From an uncultured Chloroflexia bacterium (lineage in GTDB: Bacteria; Chloroflexota; Limnocylindria; Limnocylindrales; CSP1-4), in contig CAVQQU010000006.1 of assembly GCA_963715085.1 (NCBI GenBank), positions 31,906 to 95,905 of the forward strand: a stretch of DNA of 64,000 bases, given 5' to 3'. Shown here one piece after another: positions 9,433-20,519 of this stretch; within the stretch, counting starts at the first letter, position 1; each line of letters begins with the position of its first letter. The notes under the pieces were generated by a model. It had not been told where the DNA came from and ran no database searches. It saw only the letters and a list, made by a program, of their open reading frames with translations. The translations under genes and the position numbers were made by a program.

Positions 9433-12335
9433 CTAGCGCTGGGCCCGCCGCTTGGCATCCCGGAGCCTGCGCCAGCGTGTCGGCCGGCTCGTTGGCGGTC
9501 GCGACCGAGGGCGGCGACGCGGGCAAGGGCCGCCGGGGGCGCCGCCGGAGTCGGCCGGGCGGCCGCCGCGCCGCCCCCCGTCGGCCGGGGGATGGCGGCC
9601 CCCTCGCGACGGATCGCGGCTCGCGCGGCCTCGCCTCCGGCCCGGTCCCGCGCCGCCAGCATCCCCTCGACCGGGGCCGGGCGGGTGGCCACCCGGCCGC
9701 GCCTTGCCGGGACGCCCCGGACCCAGGCGCCGGCCGCGGCAAGGTCGCGCCGGGTCACCTGGACGCGTCGCAGGAAGACGTCCAGCGGCCACAGCAGCAG
9801 CGCCAGCACGAGCAGCAGGGGCCAGAGCGGGGTCTCGCCGGCGGTCGTGCCGAGATCGTGCAGCCAGACGTCCTCCGCGGTCGCGACCGGGCGCCCGCCC
9901 GTCGCGTCGCGGATGGCGGCCAGCAGCGGCTCGTTGGTCCCGAGCAGCCGGTACTCGGCGGGGGACGGCGCGACGAGGCCGAGCGTCCGCCCCACCGCCG
10001 CTGCACCGGCCAGGGTCTGGGTGACGCGCAGCGCGTAGGCCCCGGTCGTCAGCTCCCCGATGGGGGCCTCGTAGACGCCCGGGGCGACCTGGGCCAGGTC
10101 GACGCGACGCTGCTCCAGGGCGGGGTCCACCATGACGACGCTGGTGGCGTAGAAGTCCCGCGGCGACCCGTCGGGGCCCACGCTCTCGACCCGCAGCGTC
10201 GTCCCGCCGGGCCCCGCGACGAAGCTCGCCTCGATGCCGCCGGACTCCTCGCCGGGGAAGGTCCAGGCGACCAGCTGGCCGAAGAACCGGCTGAAGCCGT
10301 CCCAGCCGACCCAGCTCTTCGCCCAGCGCCCGGTCGCGTCCGACGTCCAGGCGACGGACCGCCCCAGCCCGTACTGCCACTGGGCCAGCACCGGGTCGGA
10401 GCGGCCGGAGACCAGCACGGAGGTCGCCGCCGCCTTGATCGTCGTGCCGTTGTAGCCCGGAGGGAGGGAAACCCGGCGTCGAGGCCGCGGATGATCGGGG
10501 ACGACGCCGTGACGGCGGGGAAGAAGCGCTCCTCGACGATCTGCTGCCCCGAGACCTGCTGGGTCTCCTTGAGGAAGATGTCGGGGATCGCGGCCGGGTT
10601 GATCGCGTCGTAGAAGCGGCCGCCGCCCTTCGTGGCGAGCTCCTGCAGGAACGGGTTGGCCCCGCCGCCGGCGCCGACGGTCGAGAGGGTGATCCCGGCC
10701 GCCTTCATGCGGGCCAGGATCGCGTCGTACTGGCCGGAGCTGGACCAGCCGTCGGTCAGGAGGATCAGGTGGCGGCGCGTGGCCTTGGCCTCCTCCAGGG
10801 CCTTCACGCCCTCGTCGAGGCCGGCGTAGATGTTGGTCTGGCCGTCCGCGTTGATCGCGCCCAGGCTGCCCTGGAGGTCGGTGATGGAACCCAGCGGCGA
10901 CCGCTTGACGACCCAGTTGGCCCGCTCGTTGAAGGCGACCACGCCCAGCTCGTCGGTCGCCTGGAGGGCGGCCGCCGCACGCAGGATCGCCTCCTTGCCG
11001 ATGTCGACCTTGCGCACGCCGGAGAGCTGGACGGCCTGGTTGCGGTCGAAGGTGTTGCAGTGACAGGCGGCCATCGAGCCCGACTCGTCGATGACGACGA
11101 CGAGCGCCACGGCGGGCTGCTTCTCGCGGTCGCGGACCCGCATCTCGACGGGCAGCGCCGCCTCCAGGGGCGTGTCCCGGTAGCCGCCCGCGCCGTAGCT
11201 GCGCGGGCCGCCGATCATCACCAGCCCCTTGCCGAAGTCGCGGGTCGCGGATCGGAGCGCCTCGAGCTGCCTCGTGGTGAAGCGAACGCGCGGCACGTCG
11301 ACGAGGACCACGCTGTCGTAGCCGGACAGCGTCGCCGGGTCGTCGGGGACGAGCTCCGGGAGCATGGTCACGATGTCGCCCTCGCGGGCGCTGAGCGCTG
11401 CGACGAGGTTTGCGGCGACGGTCTTGTCGCCCGGCACGATGAGGACCCGGGGCGGCCCGGAGACGAGCGTCGAGGCGTCGGCCCGGTCGTTCTGGGGGAA
11501 CGTGTCCCGGGCAGCCTCGACGACGGCCCGGAAGACGTGGAAGCCGGCCTCCTTCGGGGTGACGTCGAAGCGGACCCGGGTGATGCCCGCGTCGAGCGTC
11601 GTGCGCTCGGTGGCGACGTTGGCGCCGTCCGCGATAGAGCCGGATCATGGCCGGCTGGGCGACGGTCGAGCGAATCTCCACCGTCACCTCGAGCTCCTCG
11701 CCGAGCCGCGATGTCGTGGGCACGCTGATTCGTTCGACCAGCACCTCGTCCGCTGCGCCGAGGCCGATCGGGCGGGTCGTGATCTGGATCCCCCGGGCGC
11801 CCGCGCGTGCGGCCTCGACCTGGCCCAGCCCGGTCGTGTCGTTGCCGTCCGAGAGGAGGACGATCCGGTGCTGTGCCGCGTCGGGGAAGAGGGCGGCGGC
11901 CAGTCGCAGTGCGGCCCCGATATCCGTGGCGCCGCGAGCAGGCGTCGAGGCGATCCGGTCGAGGTCCGTCAGCTCGTCGGGCAGCCGCTCCACCAGGGCA
12001 TCGGTCCCGAACGCCACGACCCCGGCGAGGTCTCCGTCCGGTCGCTCCGCAAGGGAATCGCGGATGAAGGCCAGGCCTGCGGCCCGCCCGCCGGTGCCGA
12101 CGGAGTCGGAGAGGTCGACGACGAACACCGTGGCCAGCCGGTCTGCGGGCAGCATGACGGCGACGCCCGCGAGGGCCATGACCAGAGCCGAGACGAGCAG
12201 GGCGCGGACGAGGAGCGCCAGCTGCGTGCGCGCGTCGCCGAGCGTTCGCTTCGCGAGGACCTGGAGCCCGACGAAGAGTCCCACCACGAGCGGGATGAAG
12301 AGGAGGAGCGCGGGCGCGGACGCGGTGATGCCCAT
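9433..12335 (-). CDS. Membrane protein with two VWA domains and a glutamine-amidotransferase-like (DUF1355-type) domain, at least 3 frame breaks
   Basis: N-terminal TMs are followed by VWA1 (FVVDLSDSVG), VWA2 (VVVIDESGSM) and DPVLAQWQYGLGRSVAWTSDATGRWA, then a C-terminal TM (PLWPLLLVLALLLWPL). Frame joins are needed near 11640, 10440 and 9500. ATG 12335 overlaps the upstream stop (ATGA). The proposed end is RLRDAKRRAQR-TAG at 9433. Confidence 0.75.
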
Positions 12336-14416
12336 CACGCCGGCCCTGGTGACGAGCGTCGCCCGGGCCCTCGGCCGGCTCGCCTGTCGGCACCGGATCC
12401 GAGGCGACGGCGGATCCGGACAAGCGCGTCGCGCTGGAAGGCAAACGCCTCGAGGACGAGGAGGGCCAGGGCGAGGGCCGCGAGCGGGACCCACAGGTCG
12501 TTCCGGGCCGGGGGTCGCCCGTGCGCGGCGCCGTCACGCCCACCCGTGATCGCCGAGCCCAGGCGCTCCAGCGCGGCGCCAGAGCCGGGCGCGATCGTCG
12601 ACTCGTCCGCGTCGAAGAGGTCCACCGCGAACTGGACCGGGGCCGACGGGTCGACGACGAGGGGCGACAACGAGGGCGAACCGACGGGCGTCGCGGCGGG
12701 GCCGACGGTGGGCGAGCCGTTGGGCACCGACCCGCCGGGCGACGCGCCCGGCCCGGGCCCGGCGCTCGCGAGCCCGAGCGGCGCGACCGTGTAGACCCCG
12801 AGCTGCTCGGTGGAGGCGAAGGTCGCCGTCGCGCCCCCGGTCACGCTCGGGGCGAGGTTGAGCGTCGTCCCGTCGGGCCGCGTCACCTGCACGCCGGTGG
12901 CCCCCGACGGGATCGGAAGACTCACCAGCGTTCCCGGCGACAGGGCCGTCGTCGGCGCGCGCGAGGCGCCCACGAGCTCTCCGACGAGGTTGCTCACCAG
13001 GATCGGGAAGGCCACCTGGAGGGGAAGATCTGAGCGCCGCGGCTCGAAGGCAAGAACCCCCGTCGCCACACCGTCCCGCGCGCCCGCGAACAGGAGAGGA
13101 TCGCCGGCCGCCGTGGGGATGACGGTGCGGGCCCACGAAGGCAGCGAGAGCCGCGTCGCCCGGGCCACGTGGAGGGTCGCAAGGTCCACGTAGCGCAGGA
13201 GCGGCTCGTCCGGCGCCGGCCGGCCCAGGGCCGGATCGCCGAGCGTGCCCGTCACGGTCCCCAGCGGGCTCGTGCGCGGCGGTGCGATCGCCAGCGTCGG
13301 GACCCGCGGCAGCGTCGCCGGGAGGGCGGCGTCGAAGATGACGAGGTCGAACAGCTCGGGCTTCGTGCCTGCGCCGTAGTCGGCCGGCCGCACGCCGTAG
13401 AGCTCGGCATTGGGCAGGAAGCTGAGAGCAGTCTCGAGGTACGGGTCGCCGTCGCTCACAAGCAGGATCTGCAGGAGGCGGTCGGGCGGCACGATCGCCC
13501 ATGCCCGGTCGTCGAGGGCAAGCTGGTCGGTGCCCGCGAGACGGGCCTCGAGGATGCGGACGTCGAGGGGAACATCGTCGATCCCCACGTCGGCCCGGCT
13601 GAGCGGGTCGAGGAACAGATCGCGCGCCTCCAGGAGCCGGCCATCGCCCCACAGCTCCACCCGCTCGGTCGACGGCTCGAGATCCGTGTTGGCGACCGAG
13701 ATGAAGACGGAGCGCGTCACCGCCGTCGGCGAGCCTCGCACGGCGAAGGCCACGATCGCCTGGTTCTTCCGCTCGCGACCCACCTGGAGGACCGTGACGG
13801 GCGCCGCCATCGCCACGCCCTCCGGAGGCGCGTACGCCGCGTCCGTCGCCACGAGCACCTGCGCGTCGCCCGCCCGCGCCGCGAGAGCCGACGCCAACAC
13901 CAGGGCCTCGCCCATGTCGGCCGTGGCCGGCGTGGGCGCGATCGCCGCGAGGGCCGTGCGGACGCGCTCGAGGTCGGCCGTCGCGTTGACAACGACCCGC
14001 GGCGTCGCGCCCGCGACGACGACGCTCACCCTGCCTCCCGCCGGCAGGTCCCGCAATGCGTCGAGGACGCGCCCCTTCGCCGCCTCCAGGCGGGACGGCG
14101 CCACGTCCGTGGCCGCCATGCTCGCGGACGCGTCGACGACGACGACGAGGTCGCGAGCGAGGGTGGCCGGCCGTTCCGTGAACGGCTGGGCGGCGAGGAC
14201 GGCGAGCAGGACCACCAACAGCAGCTGGAGCAGCAGCAGGAACGAGCGCCGGAGGCGCTGCCACGGCGCGTTCGCCTGGAGGTCCTCGCCGAAGCGCTGC
14301 CACAGCAGCGTGGAGCCGACCGTCCGCTCGGTGCGCCGGAGCTTCAGCATCCAGAACGCGACGACCAGCGGGACGAAGACGAGGCCCAGGAGGGCGAGCG
14401 GGGCGGCGAACGGCAT
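12335..14416 (-). CDS. BatA-domain / VWA-domain membrane protein
   Basis: Intact 693-aa ORF. It has the BatA-type N-terminus MPFAAPLALLGLVFVPLVVAFWMLKLRR and a VWA MIDAS motif (VVVVDASASM). Confidence 0.85.
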   Translation of the reverse strand: MPFAAPLALLGLVFVPLVVAFWMLKLRRTERTVGSTLLWQRFGEDLQANAPWQRLRRSFLLLLQLLLVVLLAVLAAQPFTERPATLARDLVVVVDASASMAATDVAPSRLEAAKGRVLDALRDLPAGGRVSVVVAGATPRVVVNATADLERVRTALAAIAPTPATADMGEALVLASALAARAGDAQVLVATDAAYAPPEGVAMAAPVTVLQVGRERKNQAIVAFAVRGSPTAVTRSVFISVANTDLEPSTERVELWGDGRLLEARDLFLDPLSRADVGIDDVPLDVRILEARLAGTDQLALDDRAWAIVPPDRLLQILLVSDGDPYLETALSFLPNAELYGVRPADYGAGTKPELFDLVIFDAALPATLPRVPTLAIAPPRTSPLGTVTGTLGDPALGRPAPDEPLLRYVDLATLHVARATRLSLPSWARTVIPTAAGDPLLFAGARDGVATGVLAFEPRRSDLPLQVAFPILVSNLVGELVGASRAPTTALSPGTLVSLPIPSGATGVQVTRPDGTTLNLAPSVTGGATATFASTEQLGVYTVAPLGLASAGPGPGASPGGSVPNGSPTVGPAATPVGSPSLSPLVVDPSAPVQFAVDLFDADESTIAPGSGAALERLGSAITGGRDGAAHGRPPARNDLWVPLAALALALLVLEAFAFQRDALVRIRRRLGSGADRRAGRGPGRRSSPGPA

Positions 14417-14428
14417 CTGCGCGGCCTC

Positions 14429-15394
14429 CTACCCGACGACCCGGCGTCGCCGCAGCTCGGCGAAGACGAGGTCGGCCAGGGCCACGTCGGAGGTGAGCGG
14501 GACGTACGCAATGCGTCGCTTCGCGGCCAGGATCGCCAGCTCGCTCCGCCACGCCTCGACCCGCTCCGTGTAGCGCTCGCGGGCCCCGAGGTCCAGCGTG
14601 ACGTCCACCGTGGCGCCGGTCTCGGCGTCGACGAGCCGCAGGTCACCTTCGAGGGTTGGGGCGATCTCGTCAGGGGCGAGGACGTGAAGGACGATGACCT
14701 CCGAGCCGGTTCCCGCAAGGTCGCGGAGGGCGCGCTCGGCGCCCTGGTCGAGGAGGTCGGAGACGAGGACGATCACGCCTCGCCCGGTCACCTGCGCCAG
14801 GGCGTGCCGGCAGGCCGCCACCAGGTCGGTGGGGCCGCCGGCCGGCTGGATGGCCGAGAGCTCGGCGAGGAGGCGGAACGCACGCCCCGAGCCGCGCAGG
14901 GCTGCCCGGCGCCGCGCCGCCCGCCCGCCCAGGGAAGCCAGGACGACGCGATCCTCGGCGGCAAGGGCGATGTACCCGAGCGCGGCGGCCGCGCGCTTGG
15001 CGAAGACGAGCTTGTCCGGCGTCCCGTGGGCCATCGAGGCCGAGCCGTCGACGAGGATGGCGACGGTCAGGTCCTCCTCCTCGATGAAGAGCTTGACGAG
15101 CAGCTTCTCGAGCCGGGCATACACGTTCCAGTCGAGCTGGCGGAGGTCGTCACCCAGGGCGTAGTCCCGGTAGTCGGCGAACTCGACCGACTGGCCCCGC
15201 TTGACGCTGCGCCGCCCGCCCTTGAGGCCACCGCGCACGGGTCGCCGGACGAGCACGGACAGGCGCTCCAGGCGGCGCAGGAAGTCCTCGTCGAAGACCG
15301 TCGGATCGATTGCGGACGGCAGGAACGTGGCCCGGCCGCCTGCCGGGCGATCCGCCGGGGCAGCCGCGGTCGCGTCCGTGGTGGTGCGCTCCAT
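14429..15394 (-). CDS. DUF58 domain protein
   Basis: Intact 321-aa ORF. The signature GQSVEFADYRDYALGDDLRQLDWNVYARLEKLLVKLF is present, and it sits between MoxR and BatA as in MoxR-DUF58-VWA operons. Confidence 0.85.
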   Translation of the reverse strand: MERTTTDATAAAPADRPAGGRATFLPSAIDPTVFDEDFLRRLERLSVLVRRPVRGGLKGGRRSVKRGQSVEFADYRDYALGDDLRQLDWNVYARLEKLLVKLFIEEEDLTVAILVDGSASMAHGTPDKLVFAKRAAAALGYIALAAEDRVVLASLGGRAARRRAALRGSGRAFRLLAELSAIQPAGGPTDLVAACRHALAQVTGRGVIVLVSDLLDQGAERALRDLAGTGSEVIVLHVLAPDEIAPTLEGDLRLVDAETGATVDVTLDLGARERYTERVEAWRSELAILAAKRRIAYVPLTSDVALADLVFAELRRRRVVG

Positions 15395-15416
15395 GGCGCG
15401 AGCTTCGTCGCCCGCC

Positions 15417-16452
<1,036 letters not shown>

Positions 16453-16456
<4 letters not shown>

Positions 16457-18354
16457 TTCGTCTCCTGGCCGGTGGGATCGAGGGCGCTGAAGTAGTCGCG
16501 GACGAGGTCCTTGACCGCGATCGGGACGTAGCTGCGATCGAGGCTGACCTGGGCGTAGCGATAGAAGTCGGCGAAGACATCCGCGTACGGGACGATCGCC
16601 GGGTTGGCGGTGCCGGTCCCGGTGCCGGAGCCAGGCTGGACCTGGCCGCCGTCGCCGCCGGTTCCAGCGACGTAGGTCGGATCGCCCGGGCGGCCGAGGC
16701 GATCGAAGGGCGCGTAGACAGAGCCCTGGTCGGCGGGCTCGCCCGCGGGACGGTTGGGGTTCACGGGGCCTCGGGCGGCGCCGGCCCCGGTGCCAGACCC
16801 GAGGTAGCGCGCGTTCGAGCCGCCCCCGCCGATCGAGCCCTGGCCCTGACCCTGCCCCTGACCCTGGCCCTGCCCCTGGCCCTGGCCCTTGCCCTGACCC
16901 TGCCCCTGCCCTGACCCTGCCCCTGGCCCTGGCCCTGACCCTGCCCCTGCCCTGGCCCTGGGTGCCCGACCCGTGCCCGGCCTGCCCCTGGCCGGGGTTG
17001 CCCGAACCGCCCGGCCCTGCCCCTGACCCAGCCCTGTCCCTGCCCTTGCTGCCCGGGGTTGCCGGCAGTGCTGCTGCCCGGGCGGCCCGCGTCGGCGAGC
17101 CTGCGCCGCGCGTCCTGGAGCTGCGACGCCGCGCCGCTGAGATCGCGGTTCGTGGTCACCCGGTCCTGGGCGTCCTTCAGCGCATCGCCGAGCCGGCGAA
17201 GCGCGTCGGCGGCGGCCGCGCCATCGCCGCGGGCGAGCGCGTTCGTCGCGTCACGCAAGGCCCCGTCGGCCGTTCCGCCCGCCTGCGACGCGACACCCTG
17301 CAGCGCGGCGAGCGACTGGCCGAGTCGGCCCAGATCCTCATCGGACCTGTCGGCGAGCCCATCGGCCGCTCGGTCGAGGTCCGCCGCGGCCTTCTCGGGG
17401 TCGCCCCCCGCATTCGCCTTCGCGTCGCCCGTCGCGGCGCGGGAGAGCCCCCGGTTCAGGGCCGCGAGGGCGGCGGCGCGCTCCTCGTTGGCGGGATCGA
17501 GCTGCTCGCGGACCGAGGCCTCCACTCCGCCCAGGCGAGCCAGGTTCGTGTCGAGCGCGCCGGGATCGCCCTTGAGCCCCGCGGCCAGGTCGCGCAGCTC
17601 GCGGGCGAGCCGTGAACGCGGGTCCTCGGGGGTGCGTCCCCGGCGCTCGAGCTCCTCGGCGAGCTTGTCGATCCGCTCGGCGGTCTGGGTCGACTCCTCG
17701 CGCACCGCCCGGTCCCGGGCGATCCGCTCGTCCATCCCGTTCGGGATGAGCACGAGCGGGAGGACGAGCAGTGCGGCGACCGCGGCATAGGAGCGCCGCT
17801 CGGTGGGCGATCCGGGGGCGGAACGTCGCGGGCGGCACGGTCGCCAGGACCGGACCGCATCCTCTCGTTGCCGTTCGACGAACGCCGCATGCGCGATGGC
17901 GTCGGGTCCGTGCGCGCCGGCGTCCCCGAGAGGTCCAACCATGGCTGGCCGCCCCGCCCGTCTCGGCGGCGAAGGCCAGGGCGCTCGCGAGGCGATCGGC
18001 AAGCCCCGCCTCGGCGTCGAGGGCGAGGGCCGTCTCGCCCAGCGACGGGCGCGCCAGAGCGACGGAGACCGCGAGGCCGCCGAGGGCGACGACGGCGATC
18101 ACGACGGCGAGGGCCGGCGCGATCTCGACCGGTGCGATCCGGGCGACGGCGAGCAGGACGACCTCGGCCAGCAGGACGATCGCCAGGGCCCACCACGCCC
18201 GGCGCACGGCGCGGCGAAGCCACAGCCGATCGCGCTGGCGCCGCAGGCCGCGCCGGAGCGCCCCCAGCTCCGGCCCGCCGGGACCGGGGTCCGGTGGGGG
18301 CAGCGGTCGATCGCGACGCCCGGATGGTGCCGGCCGGGCGAACGGGTTCGTCAT
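16453..18354 (-). CDS. Membrane protein with coiled-coil region and (QG)n repeat (DUF4175-like), several frame breaks
   Basis: ATG 18354 overlaps the permease stop (ATGA). The protein has N-terminal TMs ([17 protein letters not shown]..), a long Ala/Asp/Leu-rich helical region and a QG repeat, ending [37 protein letters not shown]. The pieces lie in ORFs 17338..19566, 16761..18002 and 16453..16764. Confidence 0.6.
16846..17050. repeat. Coding hexanucleotide array CCCTGN (QG repeats on the minus strand)
   Basis: About 25-30 consecutive CCCTGG/CCCTGA/CCCTGC units. Two units are only 5 nt (tgcccctgccctga), and each of these shifts the reading frame. Confidence 0.85.
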
Positions 18355-19566
18355 GCCCGGATCCCCGGCCGCGAGCGTCGCCGGAAGATCCGCCACCGAC
18401 GGGTCGGGCTCACCATCTGGACCGTGAGGACCACCAGGACCAGCGACACCACCAGCCAGGCGGCCGCGGCCCGCGGCCAGAAGCTGTCGCGCGTCGACGA
18501 CGAGGCAAACGGGTCGTCCGCTGCCACCAGGGTGCTGTCGACGACGTTCATCCCCCAGGCGTTGCCGATCACATCGGGCGCCGAGACGCCGCTCGCCAAC
18601 GTCGATCGCGGGCTTGGCCGGCATCGGGACCGGGCCGCCGGTCTGCGTCCGGTCACCGCCCGGGACCGTGCCGGTGACCTCGCTGATCAGCTGGCAGGCC
18701 ATCGAGTAGGGGTTCACGTCCATGCCGCACACGACGTCCGCGGCCGCAACGACCGGGTTGAGCCAGAGGAGGGCCTCGGGCGGGCGCAGCGGCGTGGGCG
18801 CGGCCGTCGGCTCGGGCGCGACTCCGGACAGGGGCTCGGCCTCACTGCCCGCATCGCCACCGCCGACGTTGGCCGGCAGGTCGCGGACGAAGGGCTGGGC
18901 CACCGGCACGGTCCCCGCCATCTGGTCCCAGAAGAACCAGGCAAAGCCCGTGCCGACGGTCAGCACCAGGACCACGAGGTAGGTGAGGACCGTGGCGCTC
19001 TGGGTGCGCCGGGTGACGCTGGACAGGAGGATCCCGACGGATCCGAACCCGAGCGCCGTGACGAGCAGGACCACGTAGCCGCGGACGACGTCCTCGGGGC
19101 CGACGCCCCCGAACACGAACACGACGGCGGTCAGGGGAAGCGAGGCCAGGATCAGCACGCCGACGAAGGCGAGCGCCGAGCCGAGCTTTCCGAGCACGAT
19201 CCCGAGGGTGCTGATCGGCGTGGCCGTCAGGAGGTCGAGCGTCTGCTTCTCGCGCTCGAGGCTGATCGCCCCCGCCGTCGCCGCCGGTGCCAGGAAGACG
19301 ACGAGGAGGATCTGCAGGAAGAGGAGGACCGTGAAGACCGCCTGGCCCACGGACGCCGAGGCGTAGGGGTTGCCGCCGCCGAACGCGGCCTGCGACGCGG
19401 CGCTCTGGGCTGCGAGGAGGTAGATCATGACCGTGAAGCCGGCCAGGAGGGCGAGGTAGAGGGTCAGGGCGATGAAGGCGCGGGGCCCGCGCATGCGGCC
19501 GCGGAGCTCCTTGGACCCGACCGCCCCGATCCCGGTCGTCACCGCCGCAAGCCGCGCGCGCATCAC
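18351..19566 (-). CDS. ABC-2 type transporter permease (one frame break near 18600)
   Basis: Multiple TM helices (FIALTLYLALLAGFTVMIYLL, VFTVLLFLQILLVVFLAPA, ..). The start overlaps the ATPase stop. The C-terminal TM (AAAWLVVSLVLVVLTV) lies in ORF 18351..18656. Confidence 0.75.
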
Positions 19567-20519
19567 GCCACCTCCGCCGCGGTGTCGCGGGTGACCTGCA
19601 GGAAGAGCTCCTCGAGGTCGCTGGCGGCGCGGGCGAACGACACGATGCGGATGCCCGCGGACACCGCGTCGGCGAGGAGACGCGCCGCGGCCTCGTCGTC
19701 GCCGGTGAAGCCGATCTCGAGGAGCCCCTCGCCGGCGATCTCGGCAGCGGCGACGGACGGATCGCCGGCCAGGTGGTCACGCGCCGCGGCGACGGCGGAC
19801 TCGTCGCCCAGGACCCGGATGCGCAGGACGGCGCCGACCCGCAGGCGCGCCTCGATCTCGGCGAGGCGGCCCTGGGCGATGACCCGGCCGCCGTCGAGGA
19901 TGGCGAGCGACGTGCACAGCTCCTCGAGCTCGGGAAGGATGTGGCTGCTGATCAGGATCGTCTTGCCGAGCGCCCGCAGCTCGCGGAGGAGCTCGCGCAG
20001 CTCGACCCGGGCGCGCGGGTCCAGGCCGGACGCCGGCTCGTCGAGGATCAGGACGGCAGGGTCGTGCACGAGCGCATGGGCCAGGCAGAGGCGCTGCTGC
20101 ATGCCCCGCGAGAGCGTCGCCACGTAGGCGTCCCGCTTGTTGCCGAGGTCGACGAGCTCGAGCAGGTCGCCGATCATCCGGCGGCGGCGGTCCGCCGGCA
20201 GGCCGTGGCAGCGCCCGAAGAAGTCGAGGTACTCCCAGACCTTCATGTCGTCGTAGACGCCGAAGCTGTCCGGCATGTACCCGACGACCCGGCGCACGCC
20301 GTCGGGGTTGCCGCGGATGGAGGCCCCGGCCACCTCGGCATCGCCGGCCGTCGGGACGAGCAGCGTGGCCAGGATCCGGAGCGTCGTCGTCTTGCCCGCC
20401 CCGTTGGGCCCCACGAGGCCGAAGATCTCGCCGGCCGCGATCTCGAGGTCCAGGCCGCCGAGGGCCAGCGTGCCGTTGTAGCGCTTGACGAGCCCGCTGG
20501 TGGAGACGATGGCCGTCAC
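19563..20519 (-). CDS. ABC transporter ATP-binding protein
   Basis: Intact ORF. Walker A GPNGAGKTT, signature LSRGMQQR and Walker B LILDEP are present. GTG 20519 overlaps the upstream stop (GTGA). Confidence 0.9.
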   Translation of the reverse strand: MTAIVSTSGLVKRYNGTLALGGLDLEIAAGEIFGLVGPNGAGKTTTLRILATLLVPTAGDAEVAGASIRGNPDGVRRVVGYMPDSFGVYDDMKVWEYLDFFGRCHGLPADRRRRMIGDLLELVDLGNKRDAYVATLSRGMQQRLCLAHALVHDPAVLILDEPASGLDPRARVELRELLRELRALGKTILISSHILPELEELCTSLAILDGGRVIAQGRLAEIEARLRVGAVLRIRVLGDESAVAAARDHLAGDPSVAAAEIAGEGLLEIGFTGDDEAAARLLADAVSAGIRIVSFARAASDLEELFLQVTRDTAAEVA

